Shown here: one piece after another, positions 12,601-24,258 of the stretch
How the letters are laid out: the number at the start of each line of letters is the position of its first letter
How positions within the stretch are numbered: the stretch's first letter is position 1
Assembly: GCA_002633005.1 (NCBI GenBank)
Contig: NMRA01000040.1
Coordinates: forward strand, 451,362 to 515,361
DNA length: 64,000 bases
Direction of reading: 5' to 3'
Origin: Phoronis australis
Taxonomy: Eukaryota; Animalia; Phoronida
Notes under the pieces: generated by a model
Told to the model about the DNA's origin: nothing
The model's database searches: none
Seen by the model: the letters and a program-made list of their open reading frames with translations, nothing else
Program-made: the position numbers and the translations under genes

Positions 12601-15600
12601 AGTTGGTGGTTTGGAAATGTTATGTTGGGCGTGATGTCGCTTCAAGACGGCAACAGAGAAAATCCATGTTTAGGTATGAGGATGTTGTATGAGATCCCTC
12701 ATTCTAACAAACAAGAACATGTCCAAAGAGAAAGCCAACTTGATGCATCACAGCCATCAAATACGACCCATTCTAACACCCAAGCCAGTGTCAACGCCAT
12801 CTAGGCCAACTTGGAATGGGCTTGTCTCAAAATCAGATGCACCTTCTATTGACCAGTGCTTAAGCTTAACTCGTCCAAGAGTTTGCCGTGAAGTCACTCA
12901 ACGCCTCAACAGTGGACGCTAGAAAGACTCACCAACCTTATTGCCCCATTTGCCCTGCCAAACCCAACAGTACACCAATTTGCACTTTTTCCTTCAAAAT
13001 ATTATCCGTGACAGATACCTCCTTCATGCAGAGTTGAAGACTGTGAAAATGGTCATGATTTGTGAAAATTTTCTCACAGGATAGGGCAATTGCATAATAC
13101 ACTTGTTCTGGACAGAATATTTCTGGATCGGCCTGTTCTACTATGTGTTTTTCTCCCTTCATTTTCAACCCTTCCTCAATGATACCTCAGCCTCGCCAGA
13201 CAGCTGTCCTTGTTTGGTCAACTTCTGTGACCGCTGTCCATTGACTTGATCAATCTCCCTGGCCAGTTGCGTTGAGCGCCTCTCAAACTGCTTCAAAGTG
13301 CCTTGTTTTTCTTCCATATTGGCCTGAAAGTCAGCCAACGTCTGCTCTAGATCCATTTCACTGCCTAGAAAGCAGACGGATTGGGAATGAGCTAAATGCC
13401 TCGGAATGAAATGTCAAGGTTATTAAATCTAACACAAACATTTTCAGTGTATTTTGGCACAGCGGGTAATTCATCTCCACAATGCATTCTTCTTATTGTG
13501 AGCTTTTATTGTAACTTAGTTTTGTCCTAGACAATGAACAAATACGTGTTCGAAGATTCGATATTAATATATCATGCCATAAACAGTTCCCCAAAATGAG
13601 ATAACATCAAACCCTGATGACCAGGGAAAACACTCGGGCTTGATAGATTGAACTAGACTGTATTTCTCCACCTTGGCCGTGTCGTGCTCAGCTCACGATT
13701 AAAGGGATCCGCCTAGCTGCTCTATTCATCGGGTTACCAGCGAGGATAATTGGCTTCGCTCATGCGGATACAATCAGCTGATTACACTCTAGCCTAGGTG
13801 ACCATACTTTTTATGGAGAGCATCGTACATAGTTTTGACTATAATGTTTGACAAGAGGATTGAAAAAAATATTGCTACAACCTTACTTCAGGTACCTCTT
13901 TACCCATAGAATAATATTTACAAATATCACTTTATACAAAATAGGGGTGGTTGATACTGATAAGTGCCCCTATTGTGATGACTTACAGACTCTATTTCAT
14001 ATGTTTTATTATAGCACAATAGCACAAGTGTCAGGACTTTCTGGGAATCAGTGCAAACACTCTTAAACAAAGCCCTAAATACCCAGTACATGTTTACGAT
14101 GTGGGACATATTAGATTCTATTCAAAACCCTAATACAAACCACAAATTAATTTGCAATACCATTAATACACTTGCACTTTACTTCATTTACCAGACATCA
14201 AAGGTAAAAAAGCCTCTCATTTTTAAGGATTTCAAGTTGAAATTACAAAGTTTTATAAACACAATTTTAACAGATACCTCGGACACAAATATGGATAAAT
14301 GGAGAGGTCTGCACGCATGCTTTTATTAGTATTCTAGAAATCATCAAAGTTGTACTGTTATTATTTTCATATGGTATTTATGTTTGTACGTATTTATATA
14401 GAACCTAATTTCTTCAGACATAATTTCAACAGGGCGTGTGTGTGTGTGTGTGTGTGTGNNNNNNNNNNNNNNNNNNNNNNNNNNNNNNNNNNNNNNNNNN
14501 NNNNNNNNNNNNNNNNNNNNNNNNNNNNNNNNNNNNNNNNNNNNNNNNNNNNNNNNNNNNNNNNNNNNNNNNNNNNNNNNNNNNNNNNNNNNNNNNNNNN
14601 NNNNNNNNNNNNNNNNNNNNNNNNNNNNNNNNNNNNNNNNNNNNNNNNNNNNNNNNNNNNNNNNNNNNNNNNNNNNNNNNNNNNNNNNNNNNNNNNNNNN
14701 NNNNNNNNNNNNNNNNNNNNNNNNNNNNNNNNNNNNNNNNNNNNNNNNNNNNNNNNNNNNNNNNNNNNNNNNNNNNNNNNNNNNNNNNNNNNNNNNNNNN
14801 NNNNNNNNNNNNNNNNNNNNNNNNNNNNNNNNNNNNNNNNNNNNNNNNNNNNNNNNNNNNNNNNGTGTGTGTGTGAATGGCGCGTGAAATTCCTTCCCCC
14901 GCTCCCCTTTCCAGGTACATTTTTATTGCCTTATATATCTATTAGTCGCTATTATATACTTTTGTTAAAGACAGAACTGAGGCACCCAACCTTAGACTGG
15001 CTACGTGATGTTGTCTGGGCAATAAATGTATGTATAAAAAACATGTAGAGCCTAAGACTATAATGTTCGTATTACTCTCAGGTAGAGATAACGACCGGCG
15101 GGTGTTGCATGCAAAATCTGGGCGTCAACCAACACTCACCTTGCCCGTTGCTGCCGTTTAAGTGAAAAACAATCTCATAAACGTCATTTTCTTGCATAAT
15201 TCTCTGCCTTTTGTAACAAAAAAAAAGTTCGTCATCATTTTGAAAACAGTTCGCTCATGACATGCGCACGCGCCATTTCCTAAATTGGGAGATGATGTCA
15301 GCTTCGCAGCAACAAATTTTGTTCTAAAATTTGGTTGCTGGTATTACAATACTAAAAACTTGTAACGAAATGAAACCAGTTCCGATGATTTGTTGTGACA
15401 TGTACGCAACCTCATGGAAGAAGAACAGTTGATTGAGGAATCGACTATAAAGAAATTGGCCAATAGGTGACACAATATTTCATGACGCCGAAAGCCGACA
15501 CAAAAGATTGCACCACAATTTTAGTAGCAGAATAACAGTAGAACGCCAATTTTTCCAACACAGTGGTAAATAATTTAGTTAACTCGAGGATGAATGTAGG

Positions 15601-18600
15601 TTTTAATGATTCTAAATTTGTGTCACATTTTTTCGGTTAGTTTTTTACCCACATCGGTGCAAAGCTGTATATTTAGTACACAGCTTTGCACCAAGGCTAG
15701 GTGATGCTATGAGATGTTTTTTGTTTCTCGTACAGATGGTTGCCATTTTTTGCTTTGCCTCCAGAACCAGGATGGCGGAAATGAAAATGTTTCAATTTGA
15801 ATTTTATTGTTTGCATTATCCAGAAAATCAGAGATCGGTAAACGAAGTTTTTTAAAATGATTTAAACGAAAGACTAGCAGAAGATGCCCACTCTCTCAAA
15901 ATTGCCCAGGAGGTATTAACTATTCCATGCCAGCATTATTTAACTGGTCTTGGCTAATTATCATTTTATGGCTTGGTCATCCATTAATCCAAAAGTAATT
16001 CCATCGGTGGCTTATCAGCCAATTATACACATATGGTGACTCACAATAGAAGCCTGATAAGAGTGAAGGTGGATAAATACAGTGTTCCTATAGTTTCCTG
16101 TTGTAGTGGATTTGTTTGGGACATGATAAATGTCAACTTCATGCGTTTCACTGTTGTCCACATTTAGGATTGGATGACAACTTTGAGGATTAAACAACAA
16201 TCACAAGGTTTTACTCTGTCAACTCAAGTCTGTATGTAATACATCCTGACAAACTTTCAACAAAACACAACATCTTTAGTTGAAACATTCCACCNGTTCA
16301 CCTTAATCACTGGGGTTAGGACCAATCTTATTTAGTGGGAATGTTCACAGCATGCTGATCACAATGAACTTAAAAGAAAACGGGTATTTTGATGTGGCCA
16401 AATAAAAGTCTTACTGAGTTTCTATCGGGTGTCTTGTGCAATGTGCAATTCGGGCATCGAACCACCTGAGTTTCGTAATATGTTATAGCAAATCTACAGT
16501 CTTAAGCAACTTCCCCTATAGAAGACTAAACACACACCACACAATCTTTACAAGTTAAATAAGAACTGAGCAATGAGCATTTCATAGAAGTTAACTTGTA
16601 GGACAAAATCTAACCTGTAAAAATCTCATCTATGTTACTGCGTAACTCTTGCATGGTCTTCTCCAGTTGTTTCTTCTCAGAAGTCATATTCTGAATGGTC
16701 GCACGCACCTCAAACAGTTTACACATTTCTGTAGTCAATTGAGCCTTCCTTTCCTTAAAACGACCAAAAAAACATTTCAATTTTATAAAGATTTTTTTAC
16801 ATAAGAACTATTCCGAATCGTACTTTGACATACAAGTTAATCAGAACTGAAAAATTCAAACAGTTTGCACAGTAACACCAATTTGTACCTTGGAAGCAGA
16901 GATTGACTAAATGATTGTTATAATAAGTTATTGAACCTTGCTTTGGTAAAATGACTATTACCTTGGGACATCCCACTTTACACAATGGTGAGGTGAACGT
17001 TTCGATTTAATTTCGCGAAACAAAAAAAATCGAGTTGTGAAATAAGCCACATTCATTTTCTGTGGTGATACCATGACAGAAATGGGTGTAATTTTTGGCT
17101 CACTGAACGGGTTCAATCTGACGTTATTTTAATTGAATTTGGCCACTTTTGACCCACCTATGTGGTGCTCAATATACCCATGTCACTACTGAAAATAACA
17201 CTGACAGTGAAAAAAATCATCCAACAAATTGTTTCCAATTATTGTGAAAGGACACTATTCCAAAATGAGAAAGTCAGGCATATTATATACCGGTAAGCAC
17301 AAATCGACTGTTTCGAAGCACGGCATGTTTCGGTAGATACTTCCATTATTGACAAACTCATCAAAAGGCAAATAAGCAAACAGTATCCATGATTATTACG
17401 TGACAGAGCTGAAATCCACTTGTACCAAACAATACTCAACACTGGCACTTAAATGGAAAACTCCATGGACAGTCTTCAAGGGAACCATATGTTAAGTAGA
17501 TTAAAACTAAAGTTACATTCAACTTTCAGAGGCTATCACTTCCCGAGTGATTTAAGATTTTAAGATTCAACCACCCTCATTTGTCCCAAAAGCGTGTCCT
17601 AGGCTGATTTTTAGAAGATTGTACTAGTACGCACACACTGGGCATATATCTTTGCTGGGCATAAGTTAAAGAAACCTCTGCAGGGAGCAACTATGTATCT
17701 CCCTATTACCTGAACTGGTCTTAGTTTCTCGTTGACCTCATCCAATTTCACCGCCACCTGATCCCTTCTCATCTGCACGTCGGCCATGTTGTTGTGGAGC
17801 TCCTCTGCTCGTTCTTTATTTTGCTTCAAGTACTTGATCTCTGCTTTGTACGCCGATGTCTCAGATGTCTAAGAAACAAGTAGTATTACTACACAGAGGT
17901 CAAATTTGGCATACACCATTTGTTGCTGCTTCATGAGCTCATTCTCGAGGATCTATTGTCAGTTCTTCCAAAACTTGAAAATGATGATCTCTCTAACCTT
18001 TGGAGAAAAAGCAAATCAAAACCTCTGTTACTGCAATACATGGGTGGGGTTTTTCACATTGAACATTTCAGGGCTAAAACAAAAGTTAGATGTGTGAAGT
18101 GTAGAAACAACTTACTTGAGTCGTCTTCACTTTGCGGATACTTTCGAGAGCCTTCACGTAACGCGTCGATGCAAAGATGTCATCAAATCTCTGCTTCAGT
18201 GCTTTGCCTTCACTCAGTGGCCAGTTAGACTCCTCCTGGTGGCAGAAGATGACACTATCCAGGATCGGCTTGGACACGCCCAGGGCGTGGATCATCTGGA
18301 AACGAGAGATCGGAAAATTTCAGCAAAAACACAATTGGAAAATTCATACTCTGTGCTAGATTATTATTATTGACACATCTACTAAGTTCAGAAACTTAAA
18401 ACATATTTCGCTCTGATAATCTGGCTAAAAACGAAATTCGAATCTGGCCTTTTACTCTCATAAAATGGCTCTCAATATTCCGCACAATGGATTCTATTTC
18501 TGTTACCAACCCAAGTTATAGGCAATGCGTACACGCGCCATTTTCAAAATCGCAATTTTTGGGTAGGCCAACCCCAATGCACTCAGAAGCATTTTCCTGA

Positions 18601-21600
18601 GTCACACGTACTCGTGCCAGTTTCAAATTCGCAATTTTAGGTTTGGCCAACTTGAATAAACTCAGAATGCGTTTTATCAAGTCGTTGGTGGTTTCAATGT
18701 TCATGTTGGTAACAGAAATCGAAATCTAACATGGTAAGGAATATTACAAGACCAATTGTTCGACAGTAAAAATCTCAAGACGAATTTCAGTTTTAGCCTT
18801 TTGCAGCTTTTATTATTTAGCGTAGCCAGCTTTCCTCCAGGTAAGCTGCAGGGACATGCTCACTAACAGTGTGTGTTTTCCCAACACCACTTTTCCACAA
18901 ACAAGTATTTAGTAATTTCAGACTCCATTATGTGAAAAACGTCTCACTTGTTTCAAAATTACAAACTGGAAAGATCACTAAATTATGGGTCAATAATCAA
19001 GTTCTTAATGGTCCAAAATAAAAGAATTTTTGCGGCGTACAAAACTTCCACAACTGGTTGAGGATACTAATACGTGCGCAGGAGCTTAGGAGGCCTCTCA
19101 TCTCAGGAAGTATCATTCCTGAATACGGCTCAAACAGAAACCATATATTTTCAATTAGGTTAAATAATCTCCCAGACACATACATACTCAAAATGTCCGC
19201 GTACGTGTTTTGGAAAAAGAAGTTAAGACACTTTGACGAAACAGACTGGGAATATGCAGAAATGGGTAACTTTGGCCAATGAGATATCTCGAATGCAACA
19301 TCGTCTATGAGGTTTATAATAACAATATCACAATATACAATGCTTATTCTCTTCCCACTCGGGGATTTTCCTGCTTTCAAGATCTCGCAGATTACTACTT
19401 TGTTGCAAAAGGACCCTTAGAAATCAATAATTTCTACTAAGAATGACTTTCTGCGAGATGTGAATGACAGGGAAGAGTACCTCTTTGTTCAAGTCGGCAC
19501 ACTTCGACGTAATATGGGAGGAAGTGCCGTCTGCCATTTGACGCTGGATAACACCATCCAGTGTGCGACATTCAATCTTGCTCTACAACAGAAAACAAAA
19601 ACAGCCATTGCAATTATTTGTCAAAAGAAAGCTTTTATACAGAATTTGTGTGCAGAACAGAGCCAAATTTGTGCGAGGAACATCACGACCGAAACAAAAT
19701 CTGTCTGCTGTAAATGATAATGCTTTCAAAATATCTTCAACTTGTCAATCATTGAAATATGAAGCCACTGCTGTGTGCAGGAGGCTTCTCCATATCACAG
19801 ATTGTAAAAGTAAGTAGCTTGCCTTGACTACGCTTTCAGGAAATGGGCATGAATAAATTCGTTTTTACCACAAAAGTCAGTATCTTAAACTAGAGAATAA
19901 AGTGGCAATACATCTGCTTTCTGTCAAAAAAACTAACATTTGATTTAGACCACTTAACGTTATGAAATTAGTCTAAAATATTGTTCTTACAAAAATTAGA
20001 AATTTCAAAACTTCAAAAGAACTGAGCCTGTTATTTTGTGAGACCAGGCTCTACCAGATGGCTTGTCACGTCATGTTGTTTTATGCATCAAGCATTGTCA
20101 CAAGGAATAACATCTGCCATTTCCTTGCAAACCCAAAGCTAATTTCTCATCTGAATAAGAAACAAGTTGAAATCAATTTTATACAGAGTGGTCAATATTC
20201 TCAATAAAAAAGTTTTTTCTTGGACGGAACACGGGTTTGTAGCAGTTTTAATACCTTAAACTAATTTTCTCTGCAACTGATACTTTTTAAAACCTCATGC
20301 TTAGGAGGTTCTGCTGCCTACAAAAATTATTTAAAAATTAGATCACTAATCTTTTTCAATTATTATGCTTATAGGACATTATTTATTCAATTAGAAAGCA
20401 GTCCAGCTTTGCTTTTTAAAAGCACAGATATGGAATAACAAGTTGAACATGATGTGAAGATATGGAACACCAACAAGATGTAAAGATATGGAATACCAAT
20501 ATGATGTGAAGATATGGAATACCAATATGATGTGAAGATATGGAACACCAACATGATGTAAAGATATGGAATACCAACATTGGAATGGGGAATTGTTGTC
20601 CCAGAGTAGTCTCGACCAGATTGTTAAAAAACAATCTCATACCAGAATATTATGTATCTCATGCTGAAAACTTGTTTTGAGTTATCTAGCTTGGCAAGAT
20701 TCATATGTGCTGAATTTAATTTAATATCAACAACTGGTAGAAGAATGAACACTAAACGTTCACAAAGGGTGCCCGTTTGTTGTGACTTAAATGCTGAAAA
20801 TGAAATTTATTTTTTAAATTAACTTGTGTGTCCTTTATATAACAATCTTCGCTAGCGATACTTGCCAGCTATTAAAAATATACTGTCGATGGTACTTTAA
20901 TTTGCACATATGATGAAAACTAACTAGTGTATAAATGAATTAAGAAAATTTCAACAAGTTTTAGTTAAAAGCTAAAGAAATACGTAAATCTATAGTTGAT
21001 CTAGATAATGTTTGCACAGAACTGTGAGCCAGTGGTCTTACCACAAGAAATACAATATAAAAAAGTCACCTTCTTCTGCGTGGCCGTCAATGACCGAGTG
21101 ATAATCGTTTTCTTGTTCATGACATCGTGAAACTGGAACCGCACCTGGGCTTTCACCTCCCTCTCCCCAGCCACCTTAAAATGGAATAAACACAGTTTGG
21201 TGAAATTATAAAGAAATTAAATAATTCACAAACGACACAGTCAGATTGAATTATGTTATTAGTGTTTATCCATGGATTCCAATTATGTCATCAAAATTCT
21301 GTGTCAAAAACATACACTGAAAACAATAAAGGACAAGCTACAGATTGGGAATAAAATTGTGTTTCATTGAAAAGTGCTGAAATTGCATACCCAAGAACTA
21401 ATTAGTCAATCAATCAATCAATTTTTTTCACATGAACAGCAACTCTGAGGAGTTACACAAATATATGTACGTATTATTGTGAAATCATTTATTGAAATTC
21501 TATATAAGCAAGTGAACACTTATAGGAGTCTGTTTTGTTGTCCTACCAGCTACCTTGCTTAGTAACACAAGAAATGAGTAATCAAAAATGTTGTTTACTA

Positions 21601-24258
21601 TGGCATAACTAAAAACTACCAAAAATAGAAATAAATAAAGACTATGCTAGATAGGCATAAGGATACAACACCCTCGGACATGTACAAATAGAGCTTTGGC
21701 TAGAATGACATAATGAATGATGAAAAAATATAAGAAAGACTAGAATGAACAATTAACAATAACATTTGGGCAATAATTGGTCTATTTCATGATTTCACAA
21801 TTAACAGCAAGTGGAAATGAAATACGCCTTAAAGTTTGTGATTGTTCCGATGTAATTGTCTAGGAAAGGAAGGCCCTCACCGAGTGATTTCTAGTTTTGC
21901 TGATTTTAATGTCCAAGTAGAAACACGTCTCAAAATATTTCTAAAATAATTCTAATTATTATGTTATAGACAAGTATGATAATGGCAAATTTTAAAATTT
22001 AAAATCTTCCAACCTTATAGTGAATGCCAACAACTTTTCAAAATTGTCCAATTGTAACTATGATGTAAAGACTGGAGATGGTAAAGCATTACTTTGACGG
22101 TACTTATTGTTTTGGAAGCAAATAAATTTCACTTGTGTCCTAAATTGGTGACCGTAGCTTACGAATAAGCTGACATCTCTTCACCTGTCTGTAGTCACCT
22201 ATATTTAGCCTCTGAGAACTATCCTCTTACCTTAGGGTCATGGACAAAAGCGCCACCTTTTGTTCCAGGAGGTTGATCACCGGTGGTGATGTACTTAAGA
22301 CATTCTATAATTGTCTAAAACAAAGAGACAAAATTATAGTCAAATACCAATGAAAACACAATCAAACCGTGAATCATTGAGGGCACTTTTTTCATTTCAG
22401 AATCATTACCCAGATTATCAGTCCATACCTAAATGCTGTTTTTTAGACCCTAGATCAGCATACACTAAGCAAAATATTTTGCAGCAGAACTTTCGCAGCA
22501 AAACTTTCTCAGCAAAACTTCCACACAGGAGAATTTTTTGCCAAGTGAGTTACATTTACACGGGCCAAATCTTACCGAACGAAAATAGACCAGGAGAATT
22601 TCTCACCAAGTTGGTTCCCACCACATTACTCTTACTTTTGCACACTTATTGAACAATTCAGATATTGGTTAGCAGTTGCCTTTTGAAGATGACGAAACAT
22701 ACATACTGACAGACAAAATTTTTCCAATGAAGCTTTCACAGCAAAAATATCAAACCACGGCAGAACTTTGTCGAGAAATTTGCATCAAAATTGACCTCGC
22801 ACACTAAGTTAAAGTTTAGTGGTAAATGTTTTGCTAAGAGTGCATGGAATTTCACATTCGAGAATTCTAAAACAAAATGAATAATTGACTTTTCCAAATA
22901 AATGTTTGCGCCTCAGAAAGGCCAGTTCTTTGTGACTCAAATGTAAATGTGACTATAGACCAGAGGGACATAGGTAGCTTAATCTCTGAATCCAGGATGT
23001 TACATGATCATTGAGTAAATAAACATGTTGGCATTAGAGACATGAACTTTGGGTCAAAAAATGCAACCAAATGAGATACTAGAGAAAGCAATTACAAGCA
23101 AAATGGTATCTAGCATCCGACATGTTTTTACTAAGTTCTCAAATCACATAACACAGGGTCTCCCCAAAAGTGCTCGTACACTTCAGTGCAATGCCCAAAA
23201 TTCAAATTCAGTTACAGTGGCTCAGACTCTGTGCCCCTGCCTACTGCATTGTTACACCTTGATGTGAAAGCAGGCATGTGAGCTGTCCCATGCCCTATAT
23301 GCACAGGAATGACAAACAAATGACAGTTTTGGAGAATGCAATTTATGGCACTATGCCATTGGACACTCAACAATGCCAAGGAAGTGCAAAGACAACCCAA
23401 AAGATATTTTCGAAAAGATTCTCCAACATGATGCATTATTTCTCGCGTCAGAGCTAACTTTGAAGCACATCCTTTTTAGATCACCCCTATATGAAATCAA
23501 TTTAAACCCGTAATCTTGTTCCAAAGTCAATAATTAATAGACCTTAATTCACGTAGTCATCATTTTAAAAAGGGCCTCTTTTTAGGTGAAAAACCAATAC
23601 AATTGAGACATGAATGTAATGAGGCATGCGAAAAAAATCACGTTTTGCACTATGATTAAGAGTGAAATGATTGTTATTAAAACCTAGAAGGAGGCTCTTT
23701 GTAACATGGCGACTGCGTGAATAACGTGTATTTCATTATTGTCATTTGAAGTGTGACTACATTTATGGGACACCCTGTATATACACGTTTTAACACAGAT
23801 ATGATAAAGTCTCACCAATTTCACACAAAAATATTGCAAAGATTTTTTTTTTCATTTTTCAAAGGCCTCCAACAGTCTTGCCAATACCCACAATTTCAAA
23901 AAAAAATCCTAATGGAGCCGTGGCCTAGAACTTAAAAATGATATGGCATTTAGTCAGTGCAACTTATCTTTTATGAAAAAAAATAAAATAAAATTTTACT
24001 TGCCCACCACAGTGTCCTAAATTGGTGAGATTTTATTGTACAAACATCCAATTTTAACATAAGATTCTTCAAGACAGTCTAATTTATACTATCAATCCCA
24101 CAATTCTTTGAGACTGCTCAATTCCTTACAGTTTTTCCTGTTCCATTGCAGCCCAGAATGAGAGTTAGAGGATGTCCAAAATCTATTCGCTGCATGTTTT
24201 CCTTCTGAGGCCCGAAACTACGGATACCCTGGATGGTCATTTTTTCAATTGATGACAT
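507..24258 (-). CDS. RAD50: DNA repair protein RAD50 (5' ~820 codons, 20 coding exons; 3' part off-window)
   Basis: GT-AG exons splice in frame (2464 nt). They give [16 protein letters not shown], Walker [18 protein letters not shown]-loop [16 protein letters not shown], a long coiled coil and the zinc hook CPVC at ~aa 684. Confidence 0.97.
1028..1120 (-). CDS. RAD50: RAD50 coding exon 19
   Basis: [31 protein letters not shown]. Confidence 0.9.
2284..2397 (-). CDS. RAD50: RAD50 coding exon 18
   Basis: [38 protein letters not shown]. Confidence 0.92.
2505..2640 (+). mobile_element. Degenerate tRNA-derived SINE head
   Basis: Start GGAGACAGTGTGGCCAGTAG resembles the SINE at 2982; B-box GAGTTCAAATCC at 2556-2567; 3' end uncertain. 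Confidence 0.55.
2982..3216 (+). mobile_element. tRNA-derived SINE with target-site duplication
   Basis: A-box-like GGCCTAGTG, B-box GGTTCGAGTCCC, (ATT)n tail; flanking 10-bp direct repeat ATTCACAATG at 2972-2981 and 3217-3226. Confidence 0.8.
3607..3742 (-). CDS. RAD50: RAD50 coding exon 17 (zinc hook)
   Basis: [45 protein letters not shown]. Confidence 0.96.
3780..4095. repeat. Degenerate ~26-bp minisatellite
   Basis: Recurrent ATCCATATTAACTAATATTGATCCTT-like units. Confidence 0.7.
4185..4745 (-). repeat. Degenerate tandem copies of the 3' part of RAD50 exon 16
   Basis: 4552-4603 aligns to 4745-4796 at ~80% identity including the donor; further decayed copies at ~4479, 4393, 4311, 4221; short copies at ~4633, 4691. 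Confidence 0.8.
4750..4875 (-). CDS. RAD50: RAD50 coding exon 16
   Basis: [42 protein letters not shown], phase 2/2. Confidence 0.9.
5288..5690. mobile_element. Foldback MITE
   Basis: Terminal inverted repeats TCTAGGGTTCAGGGTCT / AGACCCTGGCCCTAGA plus subterminal ATTATTTTTGTCATTT / AAATGACAAAAATAAT. Confidence 0.7.
5892..5984 (-). CDS. RAD50: RAD50 coding exon 15
   Basis: [31 protein letters not shown], phase 2/2. Confidence 0.87.
6258..6344 (-). CDS. RAD50: RAD50 coding exon 14
   Basis: [29 protein letters not shown], phase 2/2. Confidence 0.87.
7336..7652. mobile_element. MITE-like inverted-repeat element
   Basis: AGGCCTGTGACACACATAC ... GTATGGTACACAGGTCT; a related end AGACCTGTGTACCA lies at ~6590. 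Confidence 0.55.
8037..8135 (-). CDS. RAD50: RAD50 coding exon 13
   Basis: [33 protein letters not shown], phase 2/2. Confidence 0.9.
8155..8615 (+). mobile_element. Non-autonomous element with internal ~130-bp direct repeats (Helentron/HINE-like)
   Basis: Two copies of TGTCARCTTCAYAGGAACACATCTGYCAAATCTCATYAAGAT...GAGATACAGCAG...GATGACGGCAATAT (8180-8287, 8510-8615); family label is inference. Confidence 0.55.
8998..9110 (-). CDS. RAD50: RAD50 coding exon 12
   Basis: [37 protein letters not shown], phase 0/2. Confidence 0.88.
9290..9668. mobile_element. Second copy of the 5288-5690 MITE family
   Basis: Shares TTTTGTGCAA-TCAAGATAAGTGT, GGGTCATC, AACTTGGACTAGAA and AAAATGRCAAAAATAATTT blocks in the same order. 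Confidence 0.7.
10174..10380 (-). CDS. RAD50: RAD50 coding exon 11
   Basis: [26 protein letters not shown]...KADLLRA, phase 0/0. Confidence 0.9.
10631..10731 (-). CDS. RAD50: RAD50 coding exon 10
   Basis: [34 protein letters not shown], phase 1/0. Confidence 0.88.
11548..11695. repeat. Low-complexity (ACTA/AGTA)n tract
   Basis: Many imperfect ACTAACTAGTAGC units. Confidence 0.65.
11867..11936 (-). CDS. RAD50: RAD50 coding exon 9
   Basis: [23 protein letters not shown], phase 0/1. Confidence 0.88.
13186..13364 (-). CDS. RAD50: RAD50 coding exon 8
   Basis: [21 protein letters not shown]...GQLSGEAE, phase 1/0. Confidence 0.9.
13848..14329 (+). mobile_element. 5'-truncated LINE relic (L1/Tx1-type ORF2 C-terminal zinc-binding region), frameshifted
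   Basis: [36 protein letters not shown], then after a frameshift VRTFWESVQ...ALYFIYQ; matches the HRI-x-TN...CxxC...T-x-x-H-x-F...FW pattern; AATAAA and A-rich tail near 15021-15041. Confidence 0.75.
14436..14875. repeat. (GT)n microsatellite spanning assembly N-gap 14459-14864
   Basis: GT repeats on both sides of the N run. Confidence 0.95.
16615..16753 (-). CDS. RAD50: RAD50 coding exon 7
   Basis: [46 protein letters not shown], phase 0/1. Confidence 0.9.
17710..17868 (-). CDS. RAD50: RAD50 coding exon 6
   Basis: [25 protein letters not shown]...LRPVQ, phase 0/0. Confidence 0.92.
18116..18295 (-). CDS. RAD50: RAD50 coding exon 5 (Q-loop)
   Basis: [60 protein letters not shown]. Confidence 0.96.
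18423..18798. mobile_element. Foldback MITE
   Basis: GGCTAAAAACGAAATTCG...ATTTCTGTTACCAAC mirrored by GTTGGTAACAGAAAT...CGAATTTCAGTTTTAGCC. Confidence 0.75.
19481..19582 (-). CDS. RAD50: RAD50 coding exon 4
   Basis: [38 protein letters not shown] flanks. Confidence 0.92.
20426..20580. repeat. 26-bp minisatellite, ~6 copies
   Basis: AGATATGGAAYACCAAYATGATGTRA units at 20458, 20484, 20510 and onward. Confidence 0.9.
21070..21174 (-). CDS. RAD50: RAD50 coding exon 3
   Basis: [39 protein letters not shown] flanks. Confidence 0.93.
22231..22314 (-). CDS. RAD50: RAD50 coding exon 2
   Basis: [32 protein letters not shown] flanks. Confidence 0.95.
22459..22846. mobile_element. MITE-like inverted-repeat element
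   Basis: CATACACTAAGCAAAATATTT ... AAATGTTTTGCTAAGAGTGCATG. Confidence 0.5.
23538..23730. mobile_element. Short TA-flanked MITE
   Basis: TAGACCTTAATTCACGTAGTC ... GACTGCGTGAATAACGTGTA inverted ends. Confidence 0.55.
24130..24258 (-). CDS. RAD50: RAD50 coding exon 1
   Basis: [43 protein letters not shown] then GTAAGG donor; an upstream acceptor at 24301-24302 implies a 5' UTR intron. Confidence 0.95.

Noticed and set aside
11997-13168. Cluster of 60-77 aa ORFs in RAD50 intron 8 as a nested gene
   Set aside because: No recognisable motif and no consistent splice chain; TBLASTX would be needed to exclude a decayed element.
14350-15048. Long ORFs in the ORF track
   Set aside because: Artefacts of translating through the N-gap and the (GT)n repeat.
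20426-20580. CRISPR-like array (also 52441-52605 and 59050-60310)
   Set aside because: Head-to-tail units without unique spacers, no cas genes, eukaryotic intron context.
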